Shown here: in pieces, positions 22,645 through 33,722 of the stretch
Layout: every line of letters begins with the position of its first letter
How positions within the stretch are numbered: position 1 is the stretch's first letter
Position numbers and translations under genes: made by a program
NCBI GenBank assembly: GCA_963770945.1
Contig: CAVYRP010000002.1
Location: 381,778 to 445,777 of the forward strand
Reading direction: 5' to 3'
DNA: 64,000 bases
Source: an uncultured Bacteroidota bacterium
GTDB lineage: Bacteria > Bacteroidota > Ignavibacteria > UBA10030
Notes under the pieces: model-generated
What the model was told of the DNA's origin: nothing
Databases searched by the model: none
Seen by the model: the letters and a program-made list of their open reading frames with translations, nothing else

Positions 22645-22998
22645 ATGGATAACACGTCAGGGCAAGGCAAAGATTCTGAAGTTCCGCCGGTAGTCATAAC
22701 CTGGAACTGGGGGGCTTTTTTCCTTAGCGTGATATGGGGATTATTCAACAGGACATATATCGCATTACTGACATTAATTCCGGTTATTGGAATTCTAATG
22801 GTATTTGTATTGGGATTCAAAGGCAATGAGTGGGCCTGGCAGAACAAACACTGGAAAAGTATCGAACAGTTTCAGCATGTACAAAAGCTGTGGTCAATTT
22901 GGGGAATTATCTTTTTTATTTTTGGTGCTCTCGCCAGTATATTCGCTGCAAGCATTCTCCTTCCTGTCCTCAAAATATTTAAGATAATTCCGGAGTAA
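22645..22998 (+). CDS. Hypothetical membrane protein (DUF2628-like, NWGAFF..IW motif).
   Basis: 117 aa. Confidence 0.35.
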   Translation: MDNTSGQGKDSEVPPVVITWNWGAFFLSVIWGLFNRTYIALLTLIPVIGILMVFVLGFKGNEWAWQNKHWKSIEQFQHVQKLWSIWGIIFFIFGALASIFAASILLPVLKIFKIIPE

Positions 22999-23103
22999 GA
23001 TTCACATTCTCAAATACTTATAATATTGTTCAAAGGCGATATTAATCCGCCAACATTGGAAAACTCAAAATAAAACACCGCAAATTGTCTCAAGGAGTAA
23101 AAG

Positions 23104-23781
23104 ATGAAGATTTTAATCGCTTTCTTTTTGGCTGGTTCTTTTTTAATGGCACAGGTAAAAGAAGTCGTACCGAATCCGCCAAAAACAAAAACCGCTTTAA
23201 TGAATCAATCGTCGGATATCTGGGATATCCTGAAAAACCGAAGATCCGTGCGGAAATTTAAATCGGATTCTATTCCCGATGCGGATGTACTTAAAATTAT
23301 CGATGCAGCCCGGACGGCGCCTACCTCAGGAAATCAGCAGCCATGGAAGTTTCTGGTTGTTCGTGATAAAAACAAAATAAATCAGATGAAAGAATCGTGT
23401 GTTAAATTATCTTTGAAGCGAAACACTCCCAAAGGACTTACAAAAGCACAATTCGAAGAAAAAGTCAGGTCCAACTTAGACAACTATTTTTCTGCCCCTG
23501 TCTATATTATTATTTTAACTGATAATAACTCAACGTATCCGGATTATAATCATTGGGATGGACCGATGGCGGCGGGATATTTGATGCTTGCCGCGCGCGC
23601 TTTGGGGTATGGAACAGTCTTTATTACTGATGGGATACCTGAAAGTGTTACAGAAGATGCATTCGGCATTCCTGATACGTACACGAGAGTATGTATCACT
23701 CCTTTAGGTATACCTGTCGAGTGGCCGCAATCACCTTCCAAGAAAAAACTAGAGGAATTCATTATATATGATACTTTCTGA
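23104..23781 (+). CDS. Nitroreductase-family protein with an N-terminal signal-like segment.
   Basis: Contains ..RRSVRKFKSDSIPD..TAPTSGNQQPWKFLVV.. Confidence 0.65.
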   Translation: MKILIAFFLAGSFLMAQVKEVVPNPPKTKTALMNQSSDIWDILKNRRSVRKFKSDSIPDADVLKIIDAARTAPTSGNQQPWKFLVVRDKNKINQMKESCVKLSLKRNTPKGLTKAQFEEKVRSNLDNYFSAPVYIIILTDNNSTYPDYNHWDGPMAAGYLMLAARALGYGTVFITDGIPESVTEDAFGIPDTYTRVCITPLGIPVEWPQSPSKKKLEEFIIYDTF

Positions 23782-23938
23782 AATTATACAGAAGTATTAT
23801 CGTGGACGCTTAAACAGTCCCCTGATATTGCTTGAGATTGAAAGGAAAACTAATTATCATTTTTGAGCTTAGCGCAGTGATAATTAAGTGTAAAGTTAAT
23901 GTTTTAAATCTAAAACAATTACTTTCAGGAGGTATATT

Positions 23939-24559
23939 ATGAGACTCGCGATTATTTTTCTTTGTATCGTTTGTTTTGTGGGTTGTGCATCAATGAGACA
24001 AACTTCGGATGGTTCGATTCCACAGGTACTATTGAAGCACCCGCTTCCTCCGATTCCGGAAACGGTTCACAAATTGTCTTTTGATCTAGATGTGGTATTA
24101 TTCATTCTACAGGACGGATCAGTTAATAAAGCCCGGCTTCTTAAGGGCAGCGGCGATGCTGAATGGGATACGCTGGCTTTAGCATCTATTAAACAATGGC
24201 GTTTTGCCCCTGCTCATACCGGAAATCAACCGGTTAGTACATGGTTCCACTTGCGGACAAATGTGCGTTATGCAGAGTTACAAATAATGAATCTTGCAGA
24301 AATTTTGTGTACTACCCCGGAAGAAGCCGATACAGTCTACACAGCGATAGGCCAGGGACAGGATTTTGGCGATCTGGCAATGAAGTATTCAGTCGGTCCG
24401 TCGCGTGAAATGAAAGGATTACTCGGAGAAATTAACATTAACATGTATCCGGAGCAAATAAACAAAGCTCTGGAAAAACTCAGCGTCAATGCAAATACAA
24501 AGCCTATTAAGTACGGCGACCTCTATGTAATTTTCAAAAGATTGGAGAAAAAGAAATAA
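23939..24559 (+). CDS. Lipoprotein with a TonB-C-like domain and a parvulin-like (PpiC) segment.
   Basis: N-terminus MRLAIIFLCIVCFVGC, then ..WDTLALASIKQWRFAPA.., then ..GQDFGDLAMKYSVGPSREMKGLLGEI. Confidence 0.45.
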   Translation: MRLAIIFLCIVCFVGCASMRQTSDGSIPQVLLKHPLPPIPETVHKLSFDLDVVLFILQDGSVNKARLLKGSGDAEWDTLALASIKQWRFAPAHTGNQPVSTWFHLRTNVRYAELQIMNLAEILCTTPEEADTVYTAIGQGQDFGDLAMKYSVGPSREMKGLLGEININMYPEQINKALEKLSVNANTKPIKYGDLYVIFKRLEKKK

Positions 24560-24664
24560 TTTTATATAGAGAATAATACAAATGTTCGAAAGAATGAAGT
24601 AACTTTCAATAATCTAAAGTTCAATAAAACTGAATTATATTTTTCTGTTAATCTGAACCATTAT

Positions 24665-24720
24665 TCCGCATTCTGCATTTGCAACGATCAGAGTGCGGAT
24701 TATGGTTCTTTATTTTAATA
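24665..24720 (+). terminator. Hairpin (10-bp stem with 1 mismatch) followed by a T-rich run after the lipoprotein gene.
   Basis: ccgcattctg-N13-cagagtgcgg, then ..ttctttatttt. Confidence 0.35.
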
Positions 24721-24897
24721 TTCTGTACTACCCGGCCTTGCGCCTGCCGGCATTAGATAATCCGCCAGCCGTAATAAATTGTCAGTGATATAACGGCTAT
24801 TGTTAATCTTTTCCCGTTTACCTTTCCTGGTTTTATTGTATAAATCTGTAGATAACAGATAGATCACTGATACACATAATAAATTCAGGAGAAAGTC

Positions 24898-26785
24898 ATG
24901 AAGAAAATCGTTTTAGCCGCGTTAGTGCTCTTGATGGTGATGCCGTCATGTGCTCAAAAGAAAGGCGCAATAATTGGCAGAGTTACCGATGCCGTTTCCG
25001 GTAAACCTATTGCAGGCGTAGCAGTAACAGTTTATGGCACCGGATACGCCGGCAAAACGGACGGCTCGGGGAATTATCAATTAAAATCCGTTCCAGCCAA
25101 TAAACAAATTGTGCAATTTTCATGCAATGGCTATACTCAATTAATTAAGACAAATGTGCTTGTTCAGCCTGATACTACAATGCGGCTTGATGTTCGTCTG
25201 GATACGGGATCTTCCAATATAACTCATACTGAAATTATGCCGGAAGAAAAAGACAAGACTATAGTATCGTCGTTTAGGCTGGCCAAATATGCTGAATCTG
25301 CTCCTATGTGCATAGCTGATTGTGGACAGACTGCTGCGTTCGCTGTAAATTTCAATACAGAGGCTTATGATAAAATCACAGAGAACGAATTTTTAGATGC
25401 CGCACAAAATCCTCTTTCCACATTTTCAATTGATGTTGATGTGGCATCGTACGGCAATGTACGCAGGTTCATCCGTAATGGTTCGCTTCCCCCTATTGAT
25501 GCAGTACGCTACTGAAGAATTTGTAAATTATTTTACATATAACTATCCTGAACCGACGGGCCGACATCCGTTTTCAGTAAGCACCGAGATGACATCGGCA
25601 CCATGGAGCCCAAAGCACCGTCTTATAATGATCGGCCTGCAGGGCAAGCATATTTCAACCGACAACTTACCTCCGGGCAACCTCGTATTTCTGCTCGATG
25701 TATCCGGTTCTATGGAAGATCCGAATAAGCTTCCTTTAGTGAAATCAGCTTTTCATTTACTGGTCAATCAGCTCAGGAGTATCGATAGAGTTGCAATAGT
25801 AGTATACGCAGGAAGTGCCGGGATTGTGCTGCAATCGACATCTGGCGATGAGAAGGCCAAGATTCTTGATGCGATAGATAATCTTGAAGCAGGAGGCTCT
25901 ACTGCAGGCGGGCAGGGGATTAAGCTTGCATATAAAATCGCAAAAGAAAATTTTCTAAAAGATGGCAATAATCGTGTTATACTTGCCACAGACGGGGATT
26001 TCAATGTAGGGGCATCGAGCGATGCCGAGATGGAACGCCTGATCGAAGAAAAGCGGAAAGACGGCATTTATCTATCTGTGCTGGGATTCGGAATGGGCAA
26101 TTATAAAGACTCAAAGATGGAAAAGCTTGCGGACAAAGGGAACGGAAATTATGCTTACATCGATAATATACTCGAAGCAAAAAAGGTTTTTGTCGGCCAG
26201 CTTGCAGGTACCTTATATACAATTGCAAAGGATGTTAAGCTGCAGGTTGAGTTCAATCCCGCAAAAGTGAAAGCTTACCGTCTAATCGGATATGAAAATC
26301 GGCTGCTTAACAAAGAGGATTTCAATAATGATATAAAAGATGCGGGCGATATGGGGGCAGGCCATTCTGTGACTGCTTTTTATGAGATTGTTCCTATAGG
26401 TGTTGATATCGATCTGCCGAAAGTCGATTCTTTGAAATATCAGCGTCCTGCCGCTAATATGCTGTCGAATCAGACGGATGAATTATTAACTGTAAAAATC
26501 CGGTATAAACCGCCAAAAGATACTGTAAGTATATTGCAGGAGATTCCTGTTACGGCAAATGCAATTTCACTTAGTAAGGCTACCGGCGATTTCCAATTTG
26601 CCGCATCAATAGTGCAGTTTTGCATGATTCTCAGGGAATCAAAATATTTAGGAAATACGAATTACAATAATGTTCTTGATCTAGCGCGGGCCTCAAAAGG
26701 AGAAGATAAGGAAGGTTACCGGAGTGAATTTATTCAATTAGTGGAAATGTGCCAGTCGCTGCCCAAACGGATAACCAGCAGGTAA
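24898..26785 (+). CDS. YfbK-like von Willebrand factor A domain protein with an N-terminal CarboxypepD_reg domain. Frameshift near 25500.
   Basis: N-terminal signal and [38 protein letters not shown]. The vWA region reads [11 protein letters not shown]...ATDGDFNVG. Confidence 0.7.
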
Positions 26786-26906
26786 ATAATATTTCATATT
26801 TGTTTTCCTATAAAAGCGTCGGTTATCGGTCGGTAGCCGGCGCTTTGTTTTTACTCTTACTTTTCCGTACACTTTTTCTTATTCGTTAACTTGATAAAAG
26901 GATAGT

Positions 26907-27884
26907 ATGAAAGTATTTATTTCGCGTGATATTCCGGCACAGGGAATCGATATACTGCGTGCGGAGGGCTTTGAAGTCACTGTCTGGCAAATCGACAGGC
27001 CAATGACGCAGCCTGAACTCATTGAGAATGCCAAACAGCACGATGCGTTGCTATGCGTATTTTCAGATAAGATCGATAAATTTTTCCTGAACGAATGCAG
27101 ACACCTTAAAGTCATCGCTCAATTAGCTGTCGGATACGACAATATCGATATAGCTGAAGCGACCCGGCTGCGAATACCGGTTGGAAACACACCTGATGTC
27201 CTGAGTGAATCCACTGCAGATGTCGCCTTCTTATTGATGCTGGCGGCATCGCGAAAAGCGTTTCATCTCCATAAAACCATAGCGCGGGGAGAGTGGACTT
27301 TCTTCCGGCCTAAGGCACATCTTGGAATAGAGTTGAAGAATAAGACTCTGGGTATATTCGGTCTCGGCAGAATAGGATTGGAAATGGCAAAACGCTGTAA
27401 AGGCGCTTATCAAATGAATATTATTTATTGCAATCGCTCGAGAAATCAAGCTGCAGAAGAAACTCTGCAAGCTCGCAAAGTGGAATTTGATGAATTGCTG
27501 GCAAAAAGCGATGTGTTGTCGGTTCATTGTTCGTTAAATGAATCAACAAATGGAATATTCAACAAGACAATATTTCAGAAAATGAAACGTTCGGCAATAT
27601 TTATCAATACTGCACGGGGATCGATTCATAACGAAAAAGATCTAATCGATGCTCTCAATGAGCGTGTTATTTGGGGTGCCGGTCTGGATGTGACAAATCC
27701 GGAACCCATGAAACAAAATAATCCGCTGCTTTCAATGGAGACTGTAGCGGTACTTCCGCATATCGGATCGGCGACAATCGAAGCACGGAATGCAATGTCG
27801 CGTTTATCGGCAGAGAATATTATTCATGGATTACGCGGTGACAGACTTTCAAATATAGTTAATCCCGAAATATATAACAGTTGA
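26907..27884 (+). CDS. D-isomer-specific 2-hydroxyacid dehydrogenase (glyoxylate/hydroxypyruvate reductase-like).
   Basis: 325 aa. The NAD-binding motif is GIFGLGRIG, and ..HIGSAT.. is present. Confidence 0.7.
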   Translation: MKVFISRDIPAQGIDILRAEGFEVTVWQIDRPMTQPELIENAKQHDALLCVFSDKIDKFFLNECRHLKVIAQLAVGYDNIDIAEATRLRIPVGNTPDVLSESTADVAFLLMLAASRKAFHLHKTIARGEWTFFRPKAHLGIELKNKTLGIFGLGRIGLEMAKRCKGAYQMNIIYCNRSRNQAAEETLQARKVEFDELLAKSDVLSVHCSLNESTNGIFNKTIFQKMKRSAIFINTARGSIHNEKDLIDALNERVIWGAGLDVTNPEPMKQNNPLLSMETVAVLPHIGSATIEARNAMSRLSAENIIHGLRGDRLSNIVNPEIYNS

Positions 27885-28103
27885 AAACCGATAATCGGTC
27901 AAATAGACAAGTAATTGAATAAATCCCCGGTGCGGCATTAGTCGTCTTCCCAAAGAGATCTGGATACTCTGCGGCACAACTATCGTAAACTGAATGGGAT
28001 CGATAGAACTACCTTTTCTCGTTGTCTATTTATAGAACAATCAGGAATATTCAACTGCACTCATGGCTGCTGCAAAGCGATAAATAATTTGTTTAAATGT
28101 GTA

Positions 28104-28140
28104 CAATAAAAAAGCCGGGTGTTTTCACATCCGGCTTTTC
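28104..28140 (-). terminator. Intrinsic terminator downstream of the minus-strand lipoprotein gene. It may be bidirectional.
   Basis: gccgg(gtg)tttt(cac)atccggc, flanked by an A7 run on the plus strand (a T-run on the minus strand) and by tttt. Confidence 0.55.
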
Positions 28141-28161
28141 ATCATTAAGATCTTTCTATAA

Positions 28162-28875
28162 TCAAATCCAAGTTCCCGTTTCAGTTTGTACGCCGGATGA
28201 ATCGTAGGTGTACCATGTGCCGGAGCCATTGGCAATCCAGACAGATTTATAATTCATGTGTAATCCATCGTCGTATATTTCAAGACTACCGGATCCGTCC
28301 GGATTATTCACTAAAATCATTTTAGAAGATATTGTTCCATTCGATTCATATGTAATCCATGTACCAGTGAGTACGTTGCTGGCATTGGTTGTATATGCAA
28401 GATCACTTACTTTTGTTGTTTGGTTGAGTTCATAAAATGCCCAGCTCCCGCTTTTCCCATCCGCACTCGAGGTTCCTTCCAATCCTTTAAAATTGTTGTA
28501 AGTTGTCGTACCTGATGTGCCATTAACTACATAAGTCCACACATAACTTCCGTCAGATTGCTTTATGCCGGTAAATGTATATGTTGCCCCGCCAACGGTG
28601 TATGTCCATGTGGATGTATTTCCGTTTTGCTGGGCAGGCAAAGAAGCAAATACTGTGCTTGGCGCTAAAATAGCATTAAATGTTGTTGCAGATGTTTTTG
28701 CCCACATTGCATACGGATCCGTTGAGGTAGTATTTGGTCCTTTAAAAGTGATCTGAGGAATAGCCGCCGTATTTTGTGTTGTTCCAGGTCCGGCAGGGTT
28801 CGAAGATTTGTCATCGCTGCATCCCGTCAACCCAATCAACATTGCGACAATCGTTGCTGTAATTAAATATCTCAT
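28162..28875 (-). CDS. Thr/Ser/Gly-rich lipoprotein, hypothetical.
   Basis: N-terminus MRYLITATIVAMLIGLTGC (lipobox) and repeated T-W-T-Y motifs. Confidence 0.45.
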   Translation of the reverse strand: MRYLITATIVAMLIGLTGCSDDKSSNPAGPGTTQNTAAIPQITFKGPNTTSTDPYAMWAKTSATTFNAILAPSTVFASLPAQQNGNTSTWTYTVGGATYTFTGIKQSDGSYVWTYVVNGTSGTTTYNNFKGLEGTSSADGKSGSWAFYELNQTTKVSDLAYTTNASNVLTGTWITYESNGTISSKMILVNNPDGSGSLEIYDDGLHMNYKSVWIANGSGTWYTYDSSGVQTETGTWI

Positions 28876-29089
28876 AATGCCTCCATAAATAAGGTGATAA
28901 AGAATAATAAAGGAATAAAAAACCCCAAGCAATTAACCATATTTTATAAAAACTAAGTATAAGATAGGCAAGATACAAGGGCCTAAAGAAAGATAGACAA
29001 TTGCTGTGATTTATATCAAATAATTGTAACTATCATAATATAGTAATGGGGATAGTTTGGACAAGTCAAAGAAATCTGTAAAAATGTTC

Positions 29090-30220
29090 TTAAAACTTAT
29101 TTCTTTTAAGATTCCAGTAATCGTATAAATTGTGCAAAAAGGTAGTCGCTGTCATGCGGCCCGGGGAAGCTTCAGGATGGTATTGCACGGAAAATACAGG
29201 TAAAAATCGATGGCGGAATCCTTCATTTGTGTTGTCATTTAAATTTGTATGTGTAATCTCAATGGATTTTGGATCGAGAGAATCCGGATCAACTGCGAAG
29301 CCATGGTTCTGCGATGTGATTTCAATGCTGCCGGTTTTCAAATTTTTTACAGGATGATTTATGCCGCGATGGCCGAATTTCAATTTAAATGTTTTGCCGC
29401 CAAGTGCTAATGCCAGCAGTTGATGGCCGAGGCAAATTCCGAAAATGGGCTTTTTCCCAATGAGTTTTTTGATATTCTCAATGGCATAGTCTACCGCTGC
29501 AGGATCGCCGGGACCATTTGAGAGGAATATGCCGTCCGGATTCATCTTCAATAATTCTTCTGCGGGAGTCCGGGCAGGCAATACAGTGAGATTGCATCCG
29601 TAGGAAGTCAATCGCCGGAGAATATTATGTTTTACACCGTAATCATAAACGACTACATTCCATTTTTTTCCGCTGGAATATAGTGCCGGAAGCGAAAATT
29701 GTGTTGTATCGATTTTATTCCATGTATAGGCTTTATCTGTCGTGACACGGCTTGCAAGATCGAGTCCGGCCATTTGCGGTGATTTTATTACCTTAGCAAG
29801 CAGGCTTTTATCATCTAAATCTTCCGTAGAAATTATTCCGCGCATTGCTCCGGCAGAGCGAATGATCTTCGTCAGCATCCGAGTGTCGACACCCTGTATG
29901 CCAATGATATTATGCCTGCATAACCAATTACCAAGACTCTCCGTCGAGCGGAAGTTGCTTGGAAAATTACTATATTCCTTTACAACAAATCCTGCTACTT
30001 GCGGTTTAGCCGACTCGAGATCATCGATATTCACGCCGTAGTTTCCGATGAGAGGATAGGTCATTGTAACGATTTGTCCTTTATAAGAGGGATCAGTCAG
30101 GATTTCTTGATAACCTGTCATGCCGGTGTTAAATACAACTTCACCGGTCGTCTCGTTATTGGAACCGAATGAATCACCTTCGAAGATTGTGCCGTTTTCG
30201 AGTATAAGTTTTGCTTTCAT
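29090..30220 (-). CDS. carA: Carbamoyl-phosphate synthase small (glutamine amidotransferase) subunit.
   Basis: 376 aa. N-terminus reads [15 protein letters not shown], and the GATase triad region reads ..[10 protein letters not shown].. Confidence 0.85.
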   Translation of the reverse strand: MKAKLILENGTIFEGDSFGSNNETTGEVVFNTGMTGYQEILTDPSYKGQIVTMTYPLIGNYGVNIDDLESAKPQVAGFVVKEYSNFPSNFRSTESLGNWLCRHNIIGIQGVDTRMLTKIIRSAGAMRGIISTEDLDDKSLLAKVIKSPQMAGLDLASRVTTDKAYTWNKIDTTQFSLPALYSSGKKWNVVVYDYGVKHNILRRLTSYGCNLTVLPARTPAEELLKMNPDGIFLSNGPGDPAAVDYAIENIKKLIGKKPIFGICLGHQLLALALGGKTFKLKFGHRGINHPVKNLKTGSIEITSQNHGFAVDPDSLDPKSIEITHTNLNDNTNEGFRHRFLPVFSVQYHPEASPGRMTATTFLHNLYDYWNLKRNKF

Positions 30221-30295
30221 AATTATGATAAGATAATGAGAAATGTTGGGCGATGCAATTTCCTAAATGCTTCGAAATTTTCAATAAATGTGTGT

Positions 30296-30323
30296 CCGAG
30301 CACTCGTACTCATTGAGTGCTTA
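30296..30323 (+). promoter_or_regulatory. CIRCE operator (HrcA binding site) upstream of hrcA.
   Basis: cgAGCACTC-gtactcatt-GAGTGCTta matches TTAGCACTC-N9-GAGTGCTAA. Confidence 0.8.
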
Positions 30324-30377
30324 CCTTGACAACGGAGCGTTTAATGGTTAATTTTGTATTGGAGATAAAGATATTGT

Positions 30378-31427
30378 ATGGGAGAATTGACCGATAAAAA
30401 TCAAGCGTTAAACGAGCGCGAACAAAGCATTCTGCACCATGTAGTGCATAACTACATCCAGACGGCCATTCCGGTCGGTTCGCGGTATATCTCCAAGCAT
30501 TTTGAATCCAGTTTGAGCGCAGCATCTATTCGAAATGTTATGGCTGATCTCGAAGAACTCGGTTTTTTATCACATCCGCATACATCGGCAGGCAGGGTAC
30601 CGACCGATCTAGGATATAGATTCTATATTGATTATCTAATGGAAATGCAGCAGCTTGGTGATGATGAAAAGCTGCGGATTCGTCAACAGCTGGATCAGGC
30701 GAACGATGCCGATGAAATGCTGCGTGAAACTTCGAAACTTCTCGGAAAGATCTCGCATCAACTTGGTATAGTAACATCGCCGCATCTCAGCAGCGGTATA
30801 TTTGAAAAGATCGAACTGGTTCCGATCGCCGGCTCCAAAATACTCGTTGTGATTTCCGTTCGTACCGGTATAGTGCGAACGATAATGATGGAGATAGGTG
30901 TTGAGATCAGGAGAGATCACCTCGAAGAGGTCGGCAGGTTGTTGAACGAGCGGCTGTCCGGATTAACACTGCTCGAAATTCGTGATTCATTTGTGGATCG
31001 TGTTCGGGATGTGACGACCGAGCATACCGGGCTGATACGCCTTTTTATTGAATCGGTCGATCAATTATTCACCGATTCCAAGGAACGCGATAAAGTCCTG
31101 ATTGGCGGTACAAAAAATATTATTGAGCACCCGGAATTTGTAGATCCTAAGAATTTTAGATCTGTAATTGAATTGATTGAAAACGAGGATATAATAGTTC
31201 ATCTTTTGGAAAAGCACGATGAACTTCAAAAGGGATTTGTGGTGACTATCGGATCGGAAAATAAAGACGAGACTACAAAAGAATACAGCTTTATAACCGG
31301 TACTTATGATGCAGAAGGAGTGACAGGACGTGTCGGCATTTTCGGCCCAACACGCATGAATTACAGCAAGGTAATTCCACTTGTGGATTACGTTGCCCAG
31401 ACAATTGCAAAGATGTTGAGCGCATAA
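30378..31427 (+). CDS. hrcA: Heat-inducible transcription repressor HrcA.
   Basis: 349 aa. Contains ..IPVGSRYIS..IRNVMADLEELGFL. Confidence 0.85.
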   Translation: MGELTDKNQALNEREQSILHHVVHNYIQTAIPVGSRYISKHFESSLSAASIRNVMADLEELGFLSHPHTSAGRVPTDLGYRFYIDYLMEMQQLGDDEKLRIRQQLDQANDADEMLRETSKLLGKISHQLGIVTSPHLSSGIFEKIELVPIAGSKILVVISVRTGIVRTIMMEIGVEIRRDHLEEVGRLLNERLSGLTLLEIRDSFVDRVRDVTTEHTGLIRLFIESVDQLFTDSKERDKVLIGGTKNIIEHPEFVDPKNFRSVIELIENEDIIVHLLEKHDELQKGFVVTIGSENKDETTKEYSFITGTYDAEGVTGRVGIFGPTRMNYSKVIPLVDYVAQTIAKMLSA

Positions 31428-31468
31428 AAAGAAAATTATAATCTTAAATATTCTATATAAAAGGAATT

Positions 31469-32080
31469 ATGGCAGAAAAGGATTTAAATAACAATAATAA
31501 CGGAAATGGAGAGGAATTAAAACCTGAGACCGGTATTCCGCCTGAATTACCGGAAGCGAACGAATCAGTTTTACAAATAGAGGATCTCCAGAAACAAGTT
31601 GATCAGTATAAAGATTTATTGCTGAGAAAAGCGGCAGAATTCGACAACTATAGACGCCGTATCGAAAGTGAGACATCGAATATTCTTAAATATGCAGCAG
31701 AATCGCTCGTAGAGAATTTACTGCCGGTGCTTGATGATTTTGAACGATCACTTAAGCACATGAAAGAAAACAAAGAAAATGATGCACTGGTGAAAGGCAT
31801 TGAGCTGATCTATCAAAAACTCATGAAAGTGCTGGAAGCACGCGGTGTCAAGTCGTTCGACACAGTTGGAAAAGAATTTAATGTTGATTATCATGACGCA
31901 CTCCTGCAAATTCCCAGCAGCGATGTACCGAATCATACGATTCTTGAAGAAGTTGAAAAGGGATATACATTAAACGATAAAGTTATTCGGCATGCGAAGG
32001 TCGTAGTTTCGTCCATCCCGGAAGAAGCGCCCGGCGGAACCGATAAAACAGAGACATCAACCGGAGCGTCTAAAAAATAA
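31469..32080 (+). CDS. grpE: Nucleotide exchange factor GrpE.
   Basis: 203 aa. Contains ..LPVLDDFERSL.. Confidence 0.85.
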   Translation: MAEKDLNNNNNGNGEELKPETGIPPELPEANESVLQIEDLQKQVDQYKDLLLRKAAEFDNYRRRIESETSNILKYAAESLVENLLPVLDDFERSLKHMKENKENDALVKGIELIYQKLMKVLEARGVKSFDTVGKEFNVDYHDALLQIPSSDVPNHTILEEVEKGYTLNDKVIRHAKVVVSSIPEEAPGGTDKTETSTGASKK

Positions 32081-32089
32081 AAAGAGACT

Positions 32090-33262
32090 ATGGCAAAAAG
32101 AGATTTTTATGAAATATTAGGAGTTGAACGTACTGCGTCGCAGGATGAAATTAAGAAGGCGTATCGACAAATGGCGATGAAGTACCATCCAGATCGCAAT
32201 GCCGGAAGCAAAGAAACGGAAGAAAAGTTTAAGGAAGCGGCGGAAGCTTACGAAGTATTGGGAGATCCTGAAAAAAAACAACGCTACGACCAGTACGGAC
32301 ATGAAGGATTACGAGGTACGAATTACCGCGACTTCCATGATATCAATGATATCTTCAGCACCTTTAGCGATGTTTTTTCCGGCGGTTTCGGCGGCTCGAT
32401 TTTCGACGAAATGTTTACAGGCGGTCAGCGGTCGCGGCGGCGATCTTCTGCTCAGCACGGACAGCCGGGCTCGGACTTGCGCGTCCGTCTTTCTTTAACG
32501 ATGGAAGAAATCGCGAGCGGTGTCGAGAAGAAAATTAAAATCAAACGCCAGAAAAAATGCGATATATGCAATGGAAGCGGAGCCAAGAGTTCCGGCGGAA
32601 AAACGACCTGCCCTCAATGCAGCGGCAGCGGCGAACTGAGACAGGTATCGCGTTCGATGTTCGGCCAGTTCGTGAATATTACAACGTGCCCTTCCTGTGA
32701 AGGCGAGGGGCGAATTGTGAAAGACCCATGTTTAAGTTGTTTTGGCGAAGGGCGTGTACAGGGTGAATCGACTATTAAAGTGAATGTACCCGCAGGCGTG
32801 ATGGAAGGGAATTATATTCCCCTTCAGGGTCAAGGAAATGCAGGACGCCGCGGCGGTCCCGCCGGTGATCTCATCGTTGTAATTGAAGAAGAGCAGCATC
32901 AGAACTTTAAACGCAATGGTGATGATATCATTTATGAATTATGGATCAGTTACCCGACTGCTGCCCTCGGCGGGGATGTAGAAGTTCCGACACTTGCAGG
33001 AAAAGCAAAGCTTACAATCGATCCCGGGACACCGGGAGGCAGGATGCTTAGAATGCGTGAACGCGGTATTCCGCATTTAAATAACTACGGGCGCGGCGAT
33101 GAACTTGTGCGTGTAAACGTGTGGGTGCCGACAAAACTCAATGCCAAGGAAAAAGAATTACTGCGCAGCCTTTCAACCTGCGAGCATGCGAACCCGAGCG
33201 AGGAGGACCGTCTTAATACGGACCGGTCTTTTTTTGATAAAGTAAAAGATGTGTTTTCATAA
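32090..33262 (+). CDS. dnaJ: Chaperone DnaJ.
   Basis: Contains the J domain (..YHPDRN), a G/F region and four CxxCxGxG repeats. Confidence 0.9.
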   Translation: MAKRDFYEILGVERTASQDEIKKAYRQMAMKYHPDRNAGSKETEEKFKEAAEAYEVLGDPEKKQRYDQYGHEGLRGTNYRDFHDINDIFSTFSDVFSGGFGGSIFDEMFTGGQRSRRRSSAQHGQPGSDLRVRLSLTMEEIASGVEKKIKIKRQKKCDICNGSGAKSSGGKTTCPQCSGSGELRQVSRSMFGQFVNITTCPSCEGEGRIVKDPCLSCFGEGRVQGESTIKVNVPAGVMEGNYIPLQGQGNAGRRGGPAGDLIVVIEEEQHQNFKRNGDDIIYELWISYPTAALGGDVEVPTLAGKAKLTIDPGTPGGRMLRMRERGIPHLNNYGRGDELVRVNVWVPTKLNAKEKELLRSLSTCEHANPSEEDRLNTDRSFFDKVKDVFS

Positions 33263-33268
33263 ACGGAT

Positions 33269-33649
33269 ATGTTGAAGCGTATTGCAGAATGGCTGGCATT
33301 GACAAAAACCGAACGGAATGTAATTCTGTTCTTGGTAACAACGATGATTATTGGTGCGGCGATTCGGCTGTATCAATCAGCATTTTCGGTTTTGCCGCAG
33401 TTTGATTATCAGGCATCGGACAGTACATTTGCAGCACTAAGTGCGGTGCCGGAGGACAGCTTGAATGCCGTTACGGCAGGCGCTGAAGCCGGAGCAGAAT
33501 CCGGAAAACTCAATATTAATACAGCGACGAAGCAGCAACTGATGGATTTACCGGGAATCGGAAAAGTGACAGCGGGACGTATTCTGGATTATCGCAAAGA
33601 AACAGGAAAATTTACAACTATCGAAGATCTTCTTCTGTTAAAGGAATAG
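33269..33649 (+). CDS. ComEA-like helix-hairpin-helix DNA-binding protein.
   Basis: Contains NINTATKQQLMDLPGIGKVTAGRILDYRKETGKF. Confidence 0.65.
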   Translation: MLKRIAEWLALTKTERNVILFLVTTMIIGAAIRLYQSAFSVLPQFDYQASDSTFAALSAVPEDSLNAVTAGAEAGAESGKLNINTATKQQLMDLPGIGKVTAGRILDYRKETGKFTTIEDLLLLKE

Positions 33650-33722
33650 GCAGAAATAAATTGGAACATCTCAGTTCTATGATTACGACTCAATAGCCAC
33701 TATCCATCGAGAGATTCTAAAT

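Noticed and set aside
30321-30334. taccttgacaacgg looks like a half-site of the 1493/1708 palindromic element.
   Set aside because: Only one arm is present, with mismatches. It is more simply the TTGACA -35 box of the hrcA promoter next to CIRCE.
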